Positions 14,060-26,720 of a stretch of 64,000 nucleotides of DNA are shown in pieces. The DNA lies in NCBI GenBank assembly GCA_013239625.1, contig MU056050.1:7358773-7422772 (forward strand), read 5' to 3'. The DNA comes from Lama guanicoe. Lineage: Eukaryota. Every line of letters starts with the position of its first letter. The first letter of the stretch is position 1. The notes under the pieces were generated by a model. That model was not told where the DNA came from, ran no database searches, and was given only the letters and a program-made list of their open reading frames with translations. A program made the position numbers and the translations under genes.

Positions 14060-15574
14060 AAAAATGTTCTTTCTACAAATACTGTCATCAATAAAGGGAA
14101 AAGAGTTACCACTTCTTGAAAAAATTTAAGCTGAATGTGGTGGGAGGACAAGGAAAAATAGTCCAGAATTCCTTAAATTATAGAAAGGTAGCTTCTTGGG
14201 GAAGATGCCTGAGATGGCATCAGTAACTAAGTATTGCTTGTGACCATGCCAACACTACTGGCACCTTCTTCCTACTGTGGCTGTCCATTCCATGCTCTAC
14301 CTGCATTACTTTTTGTTTTATAACTGTTTCCAAGTCATCTTATATAATAAGTACAGGTTCTCTCTCCTAAGCAGATGGCATCTTACCTGCTCACTATGCC
14401 CTCATCGCCTGCAGAGGCATGCACACACACACACACAGTGCAGTACCACACTGTGTGCTCCACAAACACTCAATACATGCCTGGTGACATATTTTATAAG
14501 AGTCCTCTGGACACCAATCCTTAGTAACAACTCATTCCCTTTCTACCATTCCTTGTTCTCACTTCCTTCGACAAATGAAACTGAGGTAGACATAGTGAAT
14601 GGAGTTACTGTCTCCTTCACTAAGGGAGCAATGTCAACATCAAAACCCAAAGCAGAGTTCTACTCTGTGATGACAATTATTGTTCCTGTCTGCAGTTGAA
14701 GAGAAAGAGAGGAAAACCACATTGGACATGTTTATTCCCAAAGCTTTACTGTAAAGAAATAAGCAATTTTATCAGAAACAAGTGATCCATAATTTGCAGT
14801 ACATCAACTGCAGTGATATGCTTAACTGGTAGAGTTTACACAGACATTGGCATCTGTTTGTGTAATTCCCTTTACCAGACTGGGCAAGGTGCAGTCTTAG
14901 AGTGCATCATCATTTAAATAAAGGACGCTATGGATTACAGCAGATAGAACCAGCAAAACTCTTGCTCTAGTATACGAAGTTTGGCTGATATTTACCTTTG
15001 CTCAGGAAAGAGGGAGAATTTACAACCCATCATGCTAGCAGCCTATAGCACACTTTCTTACTTCATTCAAACCTTTCTACTGTTACAGAACACCACCACT
15101 GTTAATACTGCTATTCTGTGAATGAATAGGGAATTACTATCTCTAACTTACCAAAAAAGCATCTTCAATTTAACAGGTTAAAAAAAATTAACACCATGTG
15201 CAAATTAAACAAAAATAATTAAAAACAAATGAATAAGAAATATATAATTGAATAAATATTTCTATAAATTCCTGTGGCAACAAAGAGCAATGAGTGCTAT
15301 ATAGAATGCTAAAATATTCACAATCCATCATAAGGATTTTTTAAAGAGACTTTCCAGTTCAGCAAGGGGTACTACAATGTAACTTTTATCATTAGTAGAG
15401 CTTGAGTTCTGCTTCTAGAATTAGCAACGACTCACTAAGAGACTTTGGACAAATCATTGAACTAGAGCTCATGTTCATGATTTTTATTCTGAAATATCTT
15501 AATAGGGTTTAAGAACTGAAAGAGTCTCATTAATTAAAATCCTACACATGGACTCCAAGAGAAAAACTTCCAAC

Positions 15575-15845
15575 ACTAAATAGTGCTTTATAGTTTACAA
15601 AGGTATTTCATATCATTTTATATTTAATTTTTATAACTCTAGGGGTTGCACTAGGTAGAGCAAGTATTATTACTTCTTTTCTACAAATTGAGAAAACTGG
15701 GGTTTAAGGAGATTAATTTACTCAAAATAGCTTATAAAGAGTTAAACTAGTCTCAAGACTGCAAATTTAGGATTCTAGCACCTAATACAGTGCCTGGTAT
15801 GTGGGTATCCAATTAATAATGTTAACTGACTGACTGAATGAATAT
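15575..15845. mobile_element. MIR (minus) followed by L2 3' end (plus)
   Basis: 'tagtgctttatagtttacaaagg..gagaaaactgggg' then 'tctagcacctaatacagtgcctggt..gactgaatgaat'. Confidence 0.6.
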
Positions 15846-16559
15846 ATCACATTACCTCCCCTAACTACCCAACTACATTTATTCATTTGCAAACAGTCCC
15901 ATAGCTACATTCCAGAGTAGTTGATAAGGTCATTTACTTTCGAATAGGAAGTCAAAAGCCATTGTGAAGATTAATATAGTCATGTATTTTAGTATCATAA
16001 GGCCTGTGAGCTGAAATAATAAAATACTCAGTGTCCAGCCACTGTGAAGTTTGGAATAGAATTGGTGAAAGTTTTGTAGGACTATCATTATTATTTTGTG
16101 GAGGAGTGGGAAAAGTAAAATTTGGAAATGCATTTGAGCTCCCAATATGAAAGGAAATAATGCCTCTTAATTGCTACAGCTTCCATTCATTCAGTCAGAG
16201 AAAAGAAGTCTTAGATTTTTTAGGGATCTTGGCAGTCACCTGGTCCAACACCCTCCCTGCCTGCCATTTTGCTGAGAACTCTGGGGGTGGTTGAAAGTGT
16301 AAATCATGGCTTATTAATGGGAAATGCAGGATTAGACTCCAACCTCCTTACTGACATAACTCCTCATGGGAGCAGTTGGGATTCATATCCTCTCTATATG
16401 TGCCATCTAAAGAGATTTCCTAGCACCTAAAGTCGTTTTCTAACCAAAATGATCATTGTATAGCTCTACTTGGGAATATATGGTTCCCTTAGAGTACATC
16501 TTAGGTGGCAGCAGGTTGTATTATAGTTAAATGTTTCCCTAGCTTTCCAGAAGATCTGA

Positions 16560-16790
16560 GTAGTGTGGTAGAAGAACAAAGGCTCTGGGGTCAAATTCTC
16601 TAACCTAACAATCCTGCCCTGTCACTTACAGACTGTGTAACTTTGGGTGAGGCAATTAAATCCTTGAACATTAATTTCTTTACCTGTAGATGAGGATATT
16701 ATCTACTTTACAGAACTTTCAAGATAATCCAAGTAAAGCATAGTCAACCAGGGATCTGATAAAGAACAAAACATTCATTAAAAATGAATT
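16560..16790 (+). mobile_element. MIR
   Basis: 'tagtgtggtagaagaacaaaggctctggggtca..ctgtgtaactttggg..aatttctttacctgtagatgagg'. Confidence 0.7.
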
Positions 16791-16874
16791 ACCTTTTACT
16801 CACTCTTCCTTACTTATAGTTACCCTAGGTATCTGAGTTAACACTGGCCTCAGTGAGACTTGGATAAAATTTCC

Positions 16875-17050
16875 TTTCATTTAATTAACAGATGTTTATT
16901 GAGAAATTACTACATGCACGACTCTGGAAATACAACAGTGAACAAGACAGATAAAAACCCTGTCCTCATGAAGCTCACATTCTAGTAGTGGATACAGAAA
17001 ATAAAATAAATAAGTAAAATATATTGTAGGTCAAATAGTGATAAAGTGCT
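16875..17050 (-). mobile_element. L2a 3' end
   Basis: 'aacagatgtttattgag..tggaaatacaacagtgaacaagacag..cctcatgaagctcacattctagt'. Confidence 0.75.
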
Positions 17051-20002
17051 TTGTCCAAATACAGGAAGTAGATTAGATTAGGTCTGTTAGCAAAAGCTTT
17101 GACCTACTCATTTTCTAGGAAATATTTGCTGTCTCTTGCTTTCTTCATTTGGTTTTTTTTTTTTTTGAGTCAGGACAGAAAAAGCTAAGACATGTTTACA
17201 TAGCCCATCTTAATCTTGAGGTGTGAAGATAAGTGAGATAGAAGATGGGTAGGTGAGTTATATATGTAAATGGGTCAGGAAATGTTTGTGGTCTGTTGAA
17301 TTAATAGGAGAGCAGGTTCCAATATTCAGTCATGAAGTTGGAAGAAATAAACAAACAAAAATACATATAAAAGCACCACCAATTTGGTATAAAGAAAGGC
17401 ATATACAACTTTGGAAAGAAATTTCAAAATTTGTAACAACCGCAAAGCTCTCAGGTATCTGCTACTCGTTGTAGCAAGAAGGGTAGTCCTCAAACTTTTA
17501 CAAATATGATTTGGGTGGATAGAAAATAGCCTAACAAGACCGAAAAAAAAAAAAAGCCTTCTGGGAATAACGCCATAACATAAGCACCTCTCCTTAATTT
17601 GTATTCTCCAAGCACTTGCAGTTTCTATCACATTATTGACCTGTGGAATGTATAGATCTTCGTTTTGTATATTGTCACTCACTTCACAGAACTAGAGACT
17701 AAACTAGCAATTTTATATCTCTCTTAGTATACCATAGAATGCATGTTTATGGTAGGCTCCTAATTGCCTTGGTGTGTGATATAAAGATCAATAGGTTTTC
17801 AGTTGTTTTTAATTAGCTGAGGTTGGTCAATATTTTCTTCAAAAGCCTCTGGCCTGTAAGTGAGTTCCTGCAATGTTGTTTTGACCAACAAGAAATGGTG
17901 ATAAAGGTGACAAAAGGAGCAAGTGACAATATTCATGAGAGTTTTATTCAGTTTATTAACAGAGGCATACTGCTTTCGTTACCTAAAGATATCAGGAAAT
18001 TACAATTTGTTTCATCTTTGCTGGTAGCTGCATTAGCTATTCCATTACAGAGGAGGAGTTGATTTATGTGTAACTGTTGAAAACACAATGAACCAGTCAC
18101 CACAATTTTAACAAGTGTTGATGCTGGAATACCCACTTCAGATAGCATCTATAACACTGTCATGAAGAAAGTTTACAGTACACTACCTAAAGTAATGATG
18201 CTAGTTCCACATTTGCCAAGGCTGGTGTCGTTGCTATAGTACTGAGTTCCCCTGGAGTGGCAATGAAAATTCACTCTTTCATGGTCTTTTAAACAAGGCC
18301 AAGGCATATGTCCAAGAATGCTGTTTTTTTATTCTCTTCTTATGGTCTAAGCTTTATAGCACTTGGACTGGGCTAATATGAAGTTTGTTTTTGTTCCCAA
18401 AGTCTCTCCTTATATGTATCCTCCTCTTCTCACTCTTTATGTATTAAAATTATGGGTAGAAATATTTACAAAGATCACGGTTACCATTATAAAAGGAGTA
18501 AGTCTCCACCTACAAGTTTACAGAATATGTGTAGGGTGTGTATGTTTGGGGGACCTGCAGAACAGATGTAAACAAATAGCCACAAAACAATGTGATGAAT
18601 ATAAACAAAGTGCTCAAAAATGGAGTGACTAATTCTTCAATGACCCCTTCAATAAGTCACATTTGAGCTGCTACTTAAAGAATACATAAAGCAGATGAGG
18701 GGAAGGAAAAAGAGAGCAGAGTATTTCAGGCAAAGGGATTTCTGGAGCAGACACAGAGTGCAGAGATTGCAAAAGTAAACTGAAGAAAAAGTTAGTGGTC
18801 CTACGAGGCTAGAGTATAATGTAAAAGGGTGCTGAGGAACAAAGCAGCCATTACTATCCCTTTATTTTGCTATGAGACTTGGATGCTATCTGACTTCTTG
18901 CATAGTTTCCTTGGTATCAACTAGCAGTCCTACAGAAGAATGTCATCCACACTATGATTCTCTAATGAAACTGGGCTACTGGAAGATAGATAAAAGAGCA
19001 AGAAAAATGCAAAGTGAAACATAATCAGGAAAAAAGAAATTGGACAATGGAAAGTAGAGGAATGGTTTAAGGATGCTCACCGGAAACACACCTGAGACAG
19101 TGCTGGGGTGTGGCAGTAGACCACAGGGATAGGATAGTGGTTTCTGAGCCAGGATTTGGGCATACAGTATTAAAAGCAGTCACATTTTTAAAAAGACTTC
19201 TAGTAGTGGCCTTGACTGCAAATCAGGGGGAGTTTTTATATGGAAGCAGAGTGCAAAAGGCAGTCATTTGCCAACAGAGTTCAGTAACCATGATAAGGGT
19301 CATCTTTAAATGCCAACGGCAGTGCTTTTTAAGTCACATACTGCTCACAGATGCATTTGACCAAGAACCACATATTTGTCCAGTTCACCGCCACAAAGTA
19401 TACCTTCTGTTCTTTATCAAAACAAAGGCATTTTTCTGACTTTCAGAACACAGGACACCAACAGCTTTGGTGTTACAGAATAGTCCTGAGGCTTCCCCTC
19501 CAAACATACCTCATTATCTTCCCTCCCTCTTCCTTTTCTGATCTTCTACAATTTGTCTTTTTTCTCAATTCTTTTCTCTTCTCATAGCTTAGATCTTCTA
19601 AGAGCATCTACGGAGTTGTTTCAGCACTATTGATGACCTCCCCCCACAAGGTTCAAAAGGGAGCACAGATGTGTACTAGAAGGCCTCCAAGAGATACTAG
19701 TGGAATTCTTGAAAATCTGCATGATCTGAAATTGGGAAAATTCTTAATGATCATTAGAAATCATTCGTATACACATAAACTATTCTTTACTTCCACATAC
19801 CATAGAACTTTTTGAGCTAGAATGGGCCTTAGAGACCACATGACAAAATCTCCTCACTTTATATGTGAAAAAATTAGTAGAGTGGTGAAATGACTTGTTG
19901 AAAGAATACAGTTATTGATAAATAAAGGAACTAACACTTAGATTTCCTATGAAATTACTTTTTTAAGGCTGAAAGGACATGTGCTGAATTATTTACTTTC
20001 AT

Positions 20003-20145
20003 CTTTTATTATAGCAAAAAAAATGTAGCATGAGATCTACCCTCTTAACAAATCTTTAAGTGTACAATAATAATATAATAATAACAATAAGTATTGTTAT
20101 TTACTGTACAGTATGCACATTCCTTTTCATCTTGCATAACTTTAT
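20003..20145 (-). mobile_element. Short L1MA9-like 3' end fragment
   Basis: 'catgagatctaccctcttaacaaatctttaagtgtacaat' is homologous to 3365-3405 in this window. Confidence 0.7.
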
Positions 20146-20344
20146 TTAATGGTCTGTTGAAGTTACATGTTTAGTGATGGCACCATCTGTGCTTTCTAGG
20201 TAACCTCTCCAGTTTATTTTATATGAAGTTTTATCAATATAATCTGGTGTCTTCAAGTCGCTTCATTTTAATTTAATGAGAAGGATTCCAGGTTGTATAG
20301 GAATGATACTCTCTTCCACAAAGTTTAATATTTAAAGAATAAGA

Positions 20345-21770
20345 CCTTGATAAATTTTATTCAATTAAATTTTGAAATTCTGTTCAACAGAGGCAGCGTA
20401 AGCAAAGTTCAAAAGACAAGTCACAGACTGGAAGATATTTACAAAATATAAGGAATTAATATGTAGAGTAGATAATCTTCTTCAAATCAATAAGGAAAAA
20501 ACTAACAACCGAATAGAATAATGGGCAAATGATACAAATAGGCAATTCATAGAAGAGGAAATCTACATGGCCAATAAACACGTGGAAGGATATTAAACTT
20601 CACTAGTAAGTGAGAGAATGAATGCTCATCAAAACACAGTGAAATATCATTTCATACCCACAAAACTGGCAAAATGTTTTAAATCTGATAATACTGAGTG
20701 CTGAAAGATGTGAAAAAACAGGAACCCCCTTACACTATTTGTGGAAGTATAAAGTAGTCATTAGGGAATGAATATTTGTGTCTCCCCAAAATTTGTATGT
20801 TGAAATCCTTACCTCAATGTATTAGGAGGTGGAGCCTTTGAGAGGTAATAAAGTCATGAAGGTGGAAGTCTCATGAATGGGATTAATTTCCTTATAAAAG
20901 AGGCCCCAGAGAGTTATCTAACCCTCTTTTCTGCCATATGAGGATATATAAGTTGGCAGTCTGAAACCCGGAAGAGGGCCCTCACCAGAACATGACCATG
21001 TGGCACTCTGATCTTGGACTTTCAGTCTCTGGAACTGTGAGAAATAAATTCTTGTTGTTTATAAGCCATCCAGTCTATGGTACTTTGTTATTGCAGCCAG
21101 AGCTGTAAGACAGTGGTATGATAACTTTGAAGAACAGCTTGGCAGTATCTAGTAAAGTCAAAGATGCACACATTCTGCAACCCAGCGATGCCACATCAAG
21201 ATGAAACAAAAAATCACATACATGGGAGACATGTACAATGATGTATATTGGAGTACTTTCTGTAATAGTAAAAAGTGAGAAAAAAAACCTAAAAAAGTCC
21301 ATTAATGAGGAAATGGATAAATATGTTGAGAAACAGTCATTCATAAAATGGACTACTGTAGAGCTGTTAAAATGAATAGGTATGTATATAAACATAGATA
21401 AATCTCAGAAATATGAATATTTAGAGAAAAAAGCAACTTGCTTAGTGATATGTACAGTATTATATAAATTTTGTAAACACTAAGCCTATGACAAATATGT
21501 TTCCAGAATGCATACATGTAGACAAACCCATGGATGGGAAAGACCCACACCAACTTCAGGATGGTAGTTCATTTGGGAAGATAGGGAGGAAAATGTGAAC
21601 AGCAAGGGGCACAAAGTAAACTTCAACTGATCAACCATATTTGTATTCTTAAAGGATTGTTAACAAATATGGATAATATTAATGTTTGGTAAATCTGTAT
21701 GGTGGGTATAATTGTATACCATGTTTTCCCTCTATATTTGAAGTTTTCCATAATATAACACTTTAATGAA
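20345..21770 (+). mobile_element. Ancient LINE-1 (L1ME-like) ORF2 end and 3' UTR, split by an LTR
   Basis: 'atgggcaaatgatacaaataggcaattcatagaagaggaaat..ggccaataaaca' etc.; colinear across the LTR. Confidence 0.8.
20759..21112 (+). mobile_element. ERVL-MaLR solo LTR (MLT1A/MLT1A0-like)
   Basis: 'ggaggtggagcctttg..ctcatgaatgggatta..cttataaaagaggcccca..gaactgtgagaaataaatt..taagaca'; 5-bp TSD gtagt/gtggt. Confidence 0.9.
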
Positions 21771-22889
21771 AGAATAGAAAAGTACATTTCCTTTACAACT
21801 ATTGATGCTCACTTTTGAGAATTAAAGTTAGCCAAATGGTAGACATTACGTCAATTCTAAACCCTGTTTTGTCAGTCTTCAGCTTATGCAGTCCAAATCA
21901 AGAGAAAGTTGGGATTAGGTGCCCTTTGTAATAAAGTCCCACAAAGAGCTAAACATATGCAATTACATATAATAAGCTTTCACTATATATATTGTCAAGT
22001 GCATAAGAGAATCACATTTTAAATCATTCATTTGTTGTACCTCAAAAGTGACAGCATCTGGAGACATTAGCTCCATATTCATGCCAATGAGAAGAGTCAC
22101 CATGCCCTTTGCTAACTACACAAAGTGTTCTCTACTTTCAGGTGCTTGGATTAGGTCCAGACATTAATTTGGAGGGTACATTGTTTTCAGTCTGAGGAAA
22201 ATATAAGGCAGCAGCCTGATGCTTTGCAAATGGTATAGAAAAGTTCTTAAAAGTCAACAAGAAATAGTTCAGACATATACAATTGAAAGCTCTTTAATAG
22301 CCAGAGTTCAGTGAGGAAAAAAGTTCTAGAAAGTTTGGGAGGGAAATGATTTCAATTAATTTTAGAAGGTTATTTACATGGTCTTAAAAATGGTTTATAA
22401 ATAAATGGTCACTATCTAAATCACATAGACTTGTGGTTTCTGAGCCTATATCAATATCAGTAAATTACACATGCTTGCTGGGGTTTATATAGATAAAACA
22501 GACTGTGTGTTGATGGACATAACTCTCTACTAATAGACTAATTAACCCAGACAAAATGCAGAAGCTCATTAAAAGCATTTAAATTCATGTTAAATGTAAA
22601 TGTGCAATTATCTGCAACTGTGATATCCCATATAAACAACACTCAGAACCATAAGAAAGACCTAGTAAAACATCGGAGACTGATAATTTTTAGGAGTTAG
22701 AAAAACAATCAAAGAGCAAAACCAGTTCATGCTAGGGCAGGGTTTCATTCATATAGTGTATCCACTAACAGAGCCAATAACCCCCAAGGTTTGAAAAGCC
22801 ATAAAGTTCCTTCAAATTTAGGCAGAGGCACAGCTACCTATAAATGGGCTGATTTCTAAATGTGGATACACACTCTAAAATACTACAGA

Positions 22890-23250
22890 GCTTTGCAGTG
22901 ATACTGTCCCCTCTGATTGGAATATTCTTCCCTGCTCCTTTTTGCTAGGCTACAATTACTCATTCTTTAAGCCTCAGCATGAACATCACTTTCATGGGAA
23001 GTCTTTCCACCTTCCCCATACTCCACATCTAAGGTTCTGTACTCCCACTAGGCATTCAATTACACTCTGACAATCACCCATCACAGTACTTTAAACTTTA
23101 ACCCTCATCTTCCTTACTAGGCATAAGTTCATGAGCCAAGAATCAGTCCTGTCTTGATTATAGTTTTCTCCTAGCAAAACACGTACCTGGCACAAAGTAG
23201 CAAATATCGACAAATATCTCTTAAATATATTAATGAATGAATGGATGCAT
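22890..23250 (+). mobile_element. L2 3' portion
   Basis: 'ctgtcccctctgattggaatattcttcc..cctggcacaaagtag..taatgaatgaatgg'. Confidence 0.7.
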
Positions 23251-24953
23251 GCATAGACAGCCAGATATAAGTATGTTAATGTGTTGGTAAATTCCACACA
23301 GTGCAAACTATTTTTAAAAAGTATATCAGGTAACATAAGGGTTTGTGTGTATGTTTCTTTAAACTTGATGGTGATGGGCTGTATCATGTGTCTGTTTATG
23401 GAGGTATTTTCTAAAAACACAAACACTAGTATGTCTAAGGAATTCCTGAGGAATCATAATTTTTCAGATTTATGTATTTATGCCCAAACTGCTTCCATCC
23501 ATGTTTCATTTATTCTTACAACCTCCAAGAAAAATAGAGGACTGATATTATCACTGTTATTTTTCTGAAGGGGAAATGGATTGAGAAGTGAAGTGCACTT
23601 GCTCAACTGCAAATGGTATCCCAATATCTGGGTTGATGCTCTAGCTACTAGAACAGTGTATCCTGGTAAGATTACAATTATTATCATGATCATTTTAGAG
23701 TGGGAGAAACAGATATGAACAAATATCTGAGACAGAAAAAAACCCCATAATTCATACTCACTTATCTGCTTTGCAGGCTCTAGTAAAGGTAATTTAACTT
23801 CTGAGTTCAAGTTACTTATTTAACCAGCACATACAAGGGGATATTAGGGCTGGGATGGAAGTTTACTTTGCATTTTAAGTTGATAAAACTTCACATTAAC
23901 ATTAGTCATTTAGTTTAGTAGAAGAAATCAACAGGCTGATTAGATGAAATGTATTTAACAAGAATGACCAAGATTTCAGCAAGAATTAAATCTAATATTT
24001 TATGAAATACAATTGATAAGAAAAAAGTTGAGTCTGATTTACCTTTGTAATTAACACCATGTGGAAAATCACATTGAGATTAAAATCTCTATATTAATTG
24101 AGCTTCTTTTTGAGCCCTATATGATCTAGTTTGATTACCATTATATTAAAGCATTGAAATGAGCCTCCATTCTCCATATTTCTTTTCCTTCAAAAAAATC
24201 AGTAAAACTCAGTAGAGTGTTTTCAAATCCAGGAAGCAAAGTAGGTGCTGCTCCCAAAGCAGTTCTGAGGGTCACCTATGAATAAAATTTTATTATATTT
24301 TCAGTCTCACATGATGCCTTTCCATCAAAGACCTCAAGGATATCACAGGAATGGCCACTTCCCTAGAGCTTGATCAGCAGGGGTCTATGGAAGGTGCCTT
24401 TGTCCAGAAGTGAAAGGCAAAGGTGACCCTCTTAGACTGAGAGCAGTGGAGATCAGGCATACTATTGTCATGGGCTCTCTTAACCCATTGTTGCTGGTAG
24501 ATAATATTCAAACTCTAAAGGAAATTTTCAAATTTTCTTTTAAAAGAAATCTATGTTTACAGTATTTATTTTAACAAAGAACAATGTGCACTCCTTTATT
24601 CTAGCCCTTCTAGCTTCACCCCATCTCTAATGTACTTGCTGATCCTGCTTTTCCTTTTAGGTCTTTATCTCTGATGGGCTACTTTTTGTTCCTCTGTGCT
24701 CCAGGAAATTAATAAGTAATAAGGTCAAAAGTTACCTATACCTTAAGAGCTGACATAAGAAGGCATATATTATGGCAGGGTACCATAATCATAATTACTT
24801 TGATTATATGCCTGCTATGTGCCACCATGCCGCCCTGAAGCAAAATGATGTACTCTAAATATGGTGTCAAGTGGTATGCATACCTGTAAGAAAAAAAAAT
24901 TCCAAGCTTTCATATCTTTTATGGCCAAAGGGATGATGCAGAACTTGCTGGGG

Positions 24954-25200
24954 TAATAATAATGGCTAACATTTATTAAAGGCATAGTATAGGCACTGTT
25001 CTTAGAGCTCTACATGCATTGACTCATTTAATCCTTACAAAAATCCTACTAAGTCAGGTATGTGGTATTTTAATGCCCATGACAAAGATGAAGAAACTGG
25101 TACTGAAAGGTGAAATCACTTACTCAAGGTCACACAGCTGAGAAGTAGTGAGGCTAGAATTCAAATGTAAGCAGTCTGGCTCCAGAGTCTACATGCTTTC
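24954..25200 (-). mobile_element. MIR, near full length
   Basis: 'aatggctaacatttatt..ctcatttaatcctta..gatgaagaaactg..caaggtcacacagct..gtctggctccagagt'. Confidence 0.85.
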
Positions 25201-25251
25201 TACATTAATGAGAAATTGGTTGAGATTAGGGATTGTCCCAAGAGGAAAAAT

Positions 25252-25450
25252 AATCACATAGTTTTAGGGCTGGAAAGAACCTTAAAGATTACTTAGTCCA
25301 ACCTTCTTATCTTACCAATGAGAAAAGGGAGGCAGAGCAAGGCTAAACAACTGGCCTAGAGTCACCCGGCTTGCAAATAGCTTGAGCTTGCATTACACTG
25401 CAGGTCTTCTAAACGCTAGTCAAGCGTTCATTCCATTATCTCATACTATG
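25252..25450 (-). mobile_element. MIR3-like SINE
   Basis: 'ttttagggctggaaagaaccttaaagattacttagtccaacc..aatgagaaaagggaggc'. Confidence 0.65.
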
Positions 25451-25649
25451 CTCTCCCATATACACTCCAATGGCAAAATACAAGTAGAATTCAGTTAAAC
25501 TGTCTTTTTGGGCCTGCACCTGAGCTATTGAACATGGCTTCACTTTCATTTAAAGTATTCACGATCACAAGCCTCAACTGAGCATTCATTTCTGTGCAGC
25601 AATGTTACTTCTGCATTAAACTTGCTTTCCCATTCTACAAAGTGACTAT

Positions 25650-26720
25650 GATATATCTTCACTTCTCTCCTCAATCCTCCCACATCTTCCCCACCCCTCT
25701 CTCACTTCCTGCCTTTAGTTGATCTTGCCTCACACTTTATGGAGAAAAGAAAAAGTTATCAGAAAGAGCTCTCTCATCTTCCTACCACCAAATCTACAAA
25801 CTGACCTACGTCTTTATCTATATTGTCTCTCTTTTGTCCTGTTAAAATAGAGTGTCCCTGAATCCCATCCTCTCTTGCCTGCTCAAAGACTTTGCTCCTG
25901 CAGATATCCCTTTTCTTCTGCATTGTCATTTCCCCCTTTTTACTAGAAGTCAGCCTTTCAACATCCTGTATTTCCCAACCATTGGTAAATCCTGCCTTTT
26001 GATTCTGGCTTCAAAATACATCTTGAATCTCTCCATTTCTCTTCATCTTTGCTAGTATTATCTTTATCCAAGTTACCATTTTCTCTTACCTAGACTCCTG
26101 CAATAAGTAGCCTTCTAATAGGTTGTCCTGCTTCCAATCTTGCCCACATTTAACTTATTCTTCACTGAGCAGCCAAATTAGTCTTTACAAAATATATAAA
26201 ACAATTCATATTATTCCCATGCTTAAAACCTTTGTATGGATTCCCACTTCTTTTAGAATAAAAGTCTCTAAACCCTGTATGATGTGGTCCCTGTATACCT
26301 CTCCCAACTTCATCTCATGCCATTTCACCCAACTGTACTGGCCTTACCTCTGTTCCTGCAACACACCCAGTCCTTTCTGGTCTCAGAGACCTGTACTTAC
26401 CTTCCCTCAGGCTCTTTGTGTGACAGATACCTTCTCATTCATCAGATCTCAGTCTGAAATGTGTGTTGTCAGAGAAAACTTCCTTCCATATCTATGTAGG
26501 TCCTGCCAACTTTTCTCTTCAGTAGCTGCTCTAGCATTTACCACCATCAGTAAGAATTTTACACATGTACTTATTTCTTTGTTAACTTGTCTGCTTCGAA
26601 GCTCAATGAGGACAGAGAACTTTCTATATCTTTTTTCACTGTTGTATTTATAATATCTAACACAGTATCTGGCACCAGGCAGGGGCTCAATAAATTTTTG
26701 TTGAATTATGAAATGAATTA
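25650..26720 (+). mobile_element. L2 (L2a-like), about 1 kb with internal deletions
   Basis: Pyrimidine-rich L2 body ending 'ctggcaccaggcaggggctcaataaatttttgttgaat..gaatt'. Confidence 0.8.

Noticed and set aside
14277..14699. 140-aa ORF
   Set aside because: It has a non-ATG start, spans a (CA)n run and MIR/L2-like debris, and has no coding signature.
22158..22172. 12-nt resemblance (cagacattaatt) to mature miR-421
   Set aside because: The seed end does not match and I see no hairpin partner, so it is a chance match.
26123..26653. 176-aa ORF
   Set aside because: It lies wholly within a degenerate L2, starts at a non-ATG codon and has no recognisable domain.
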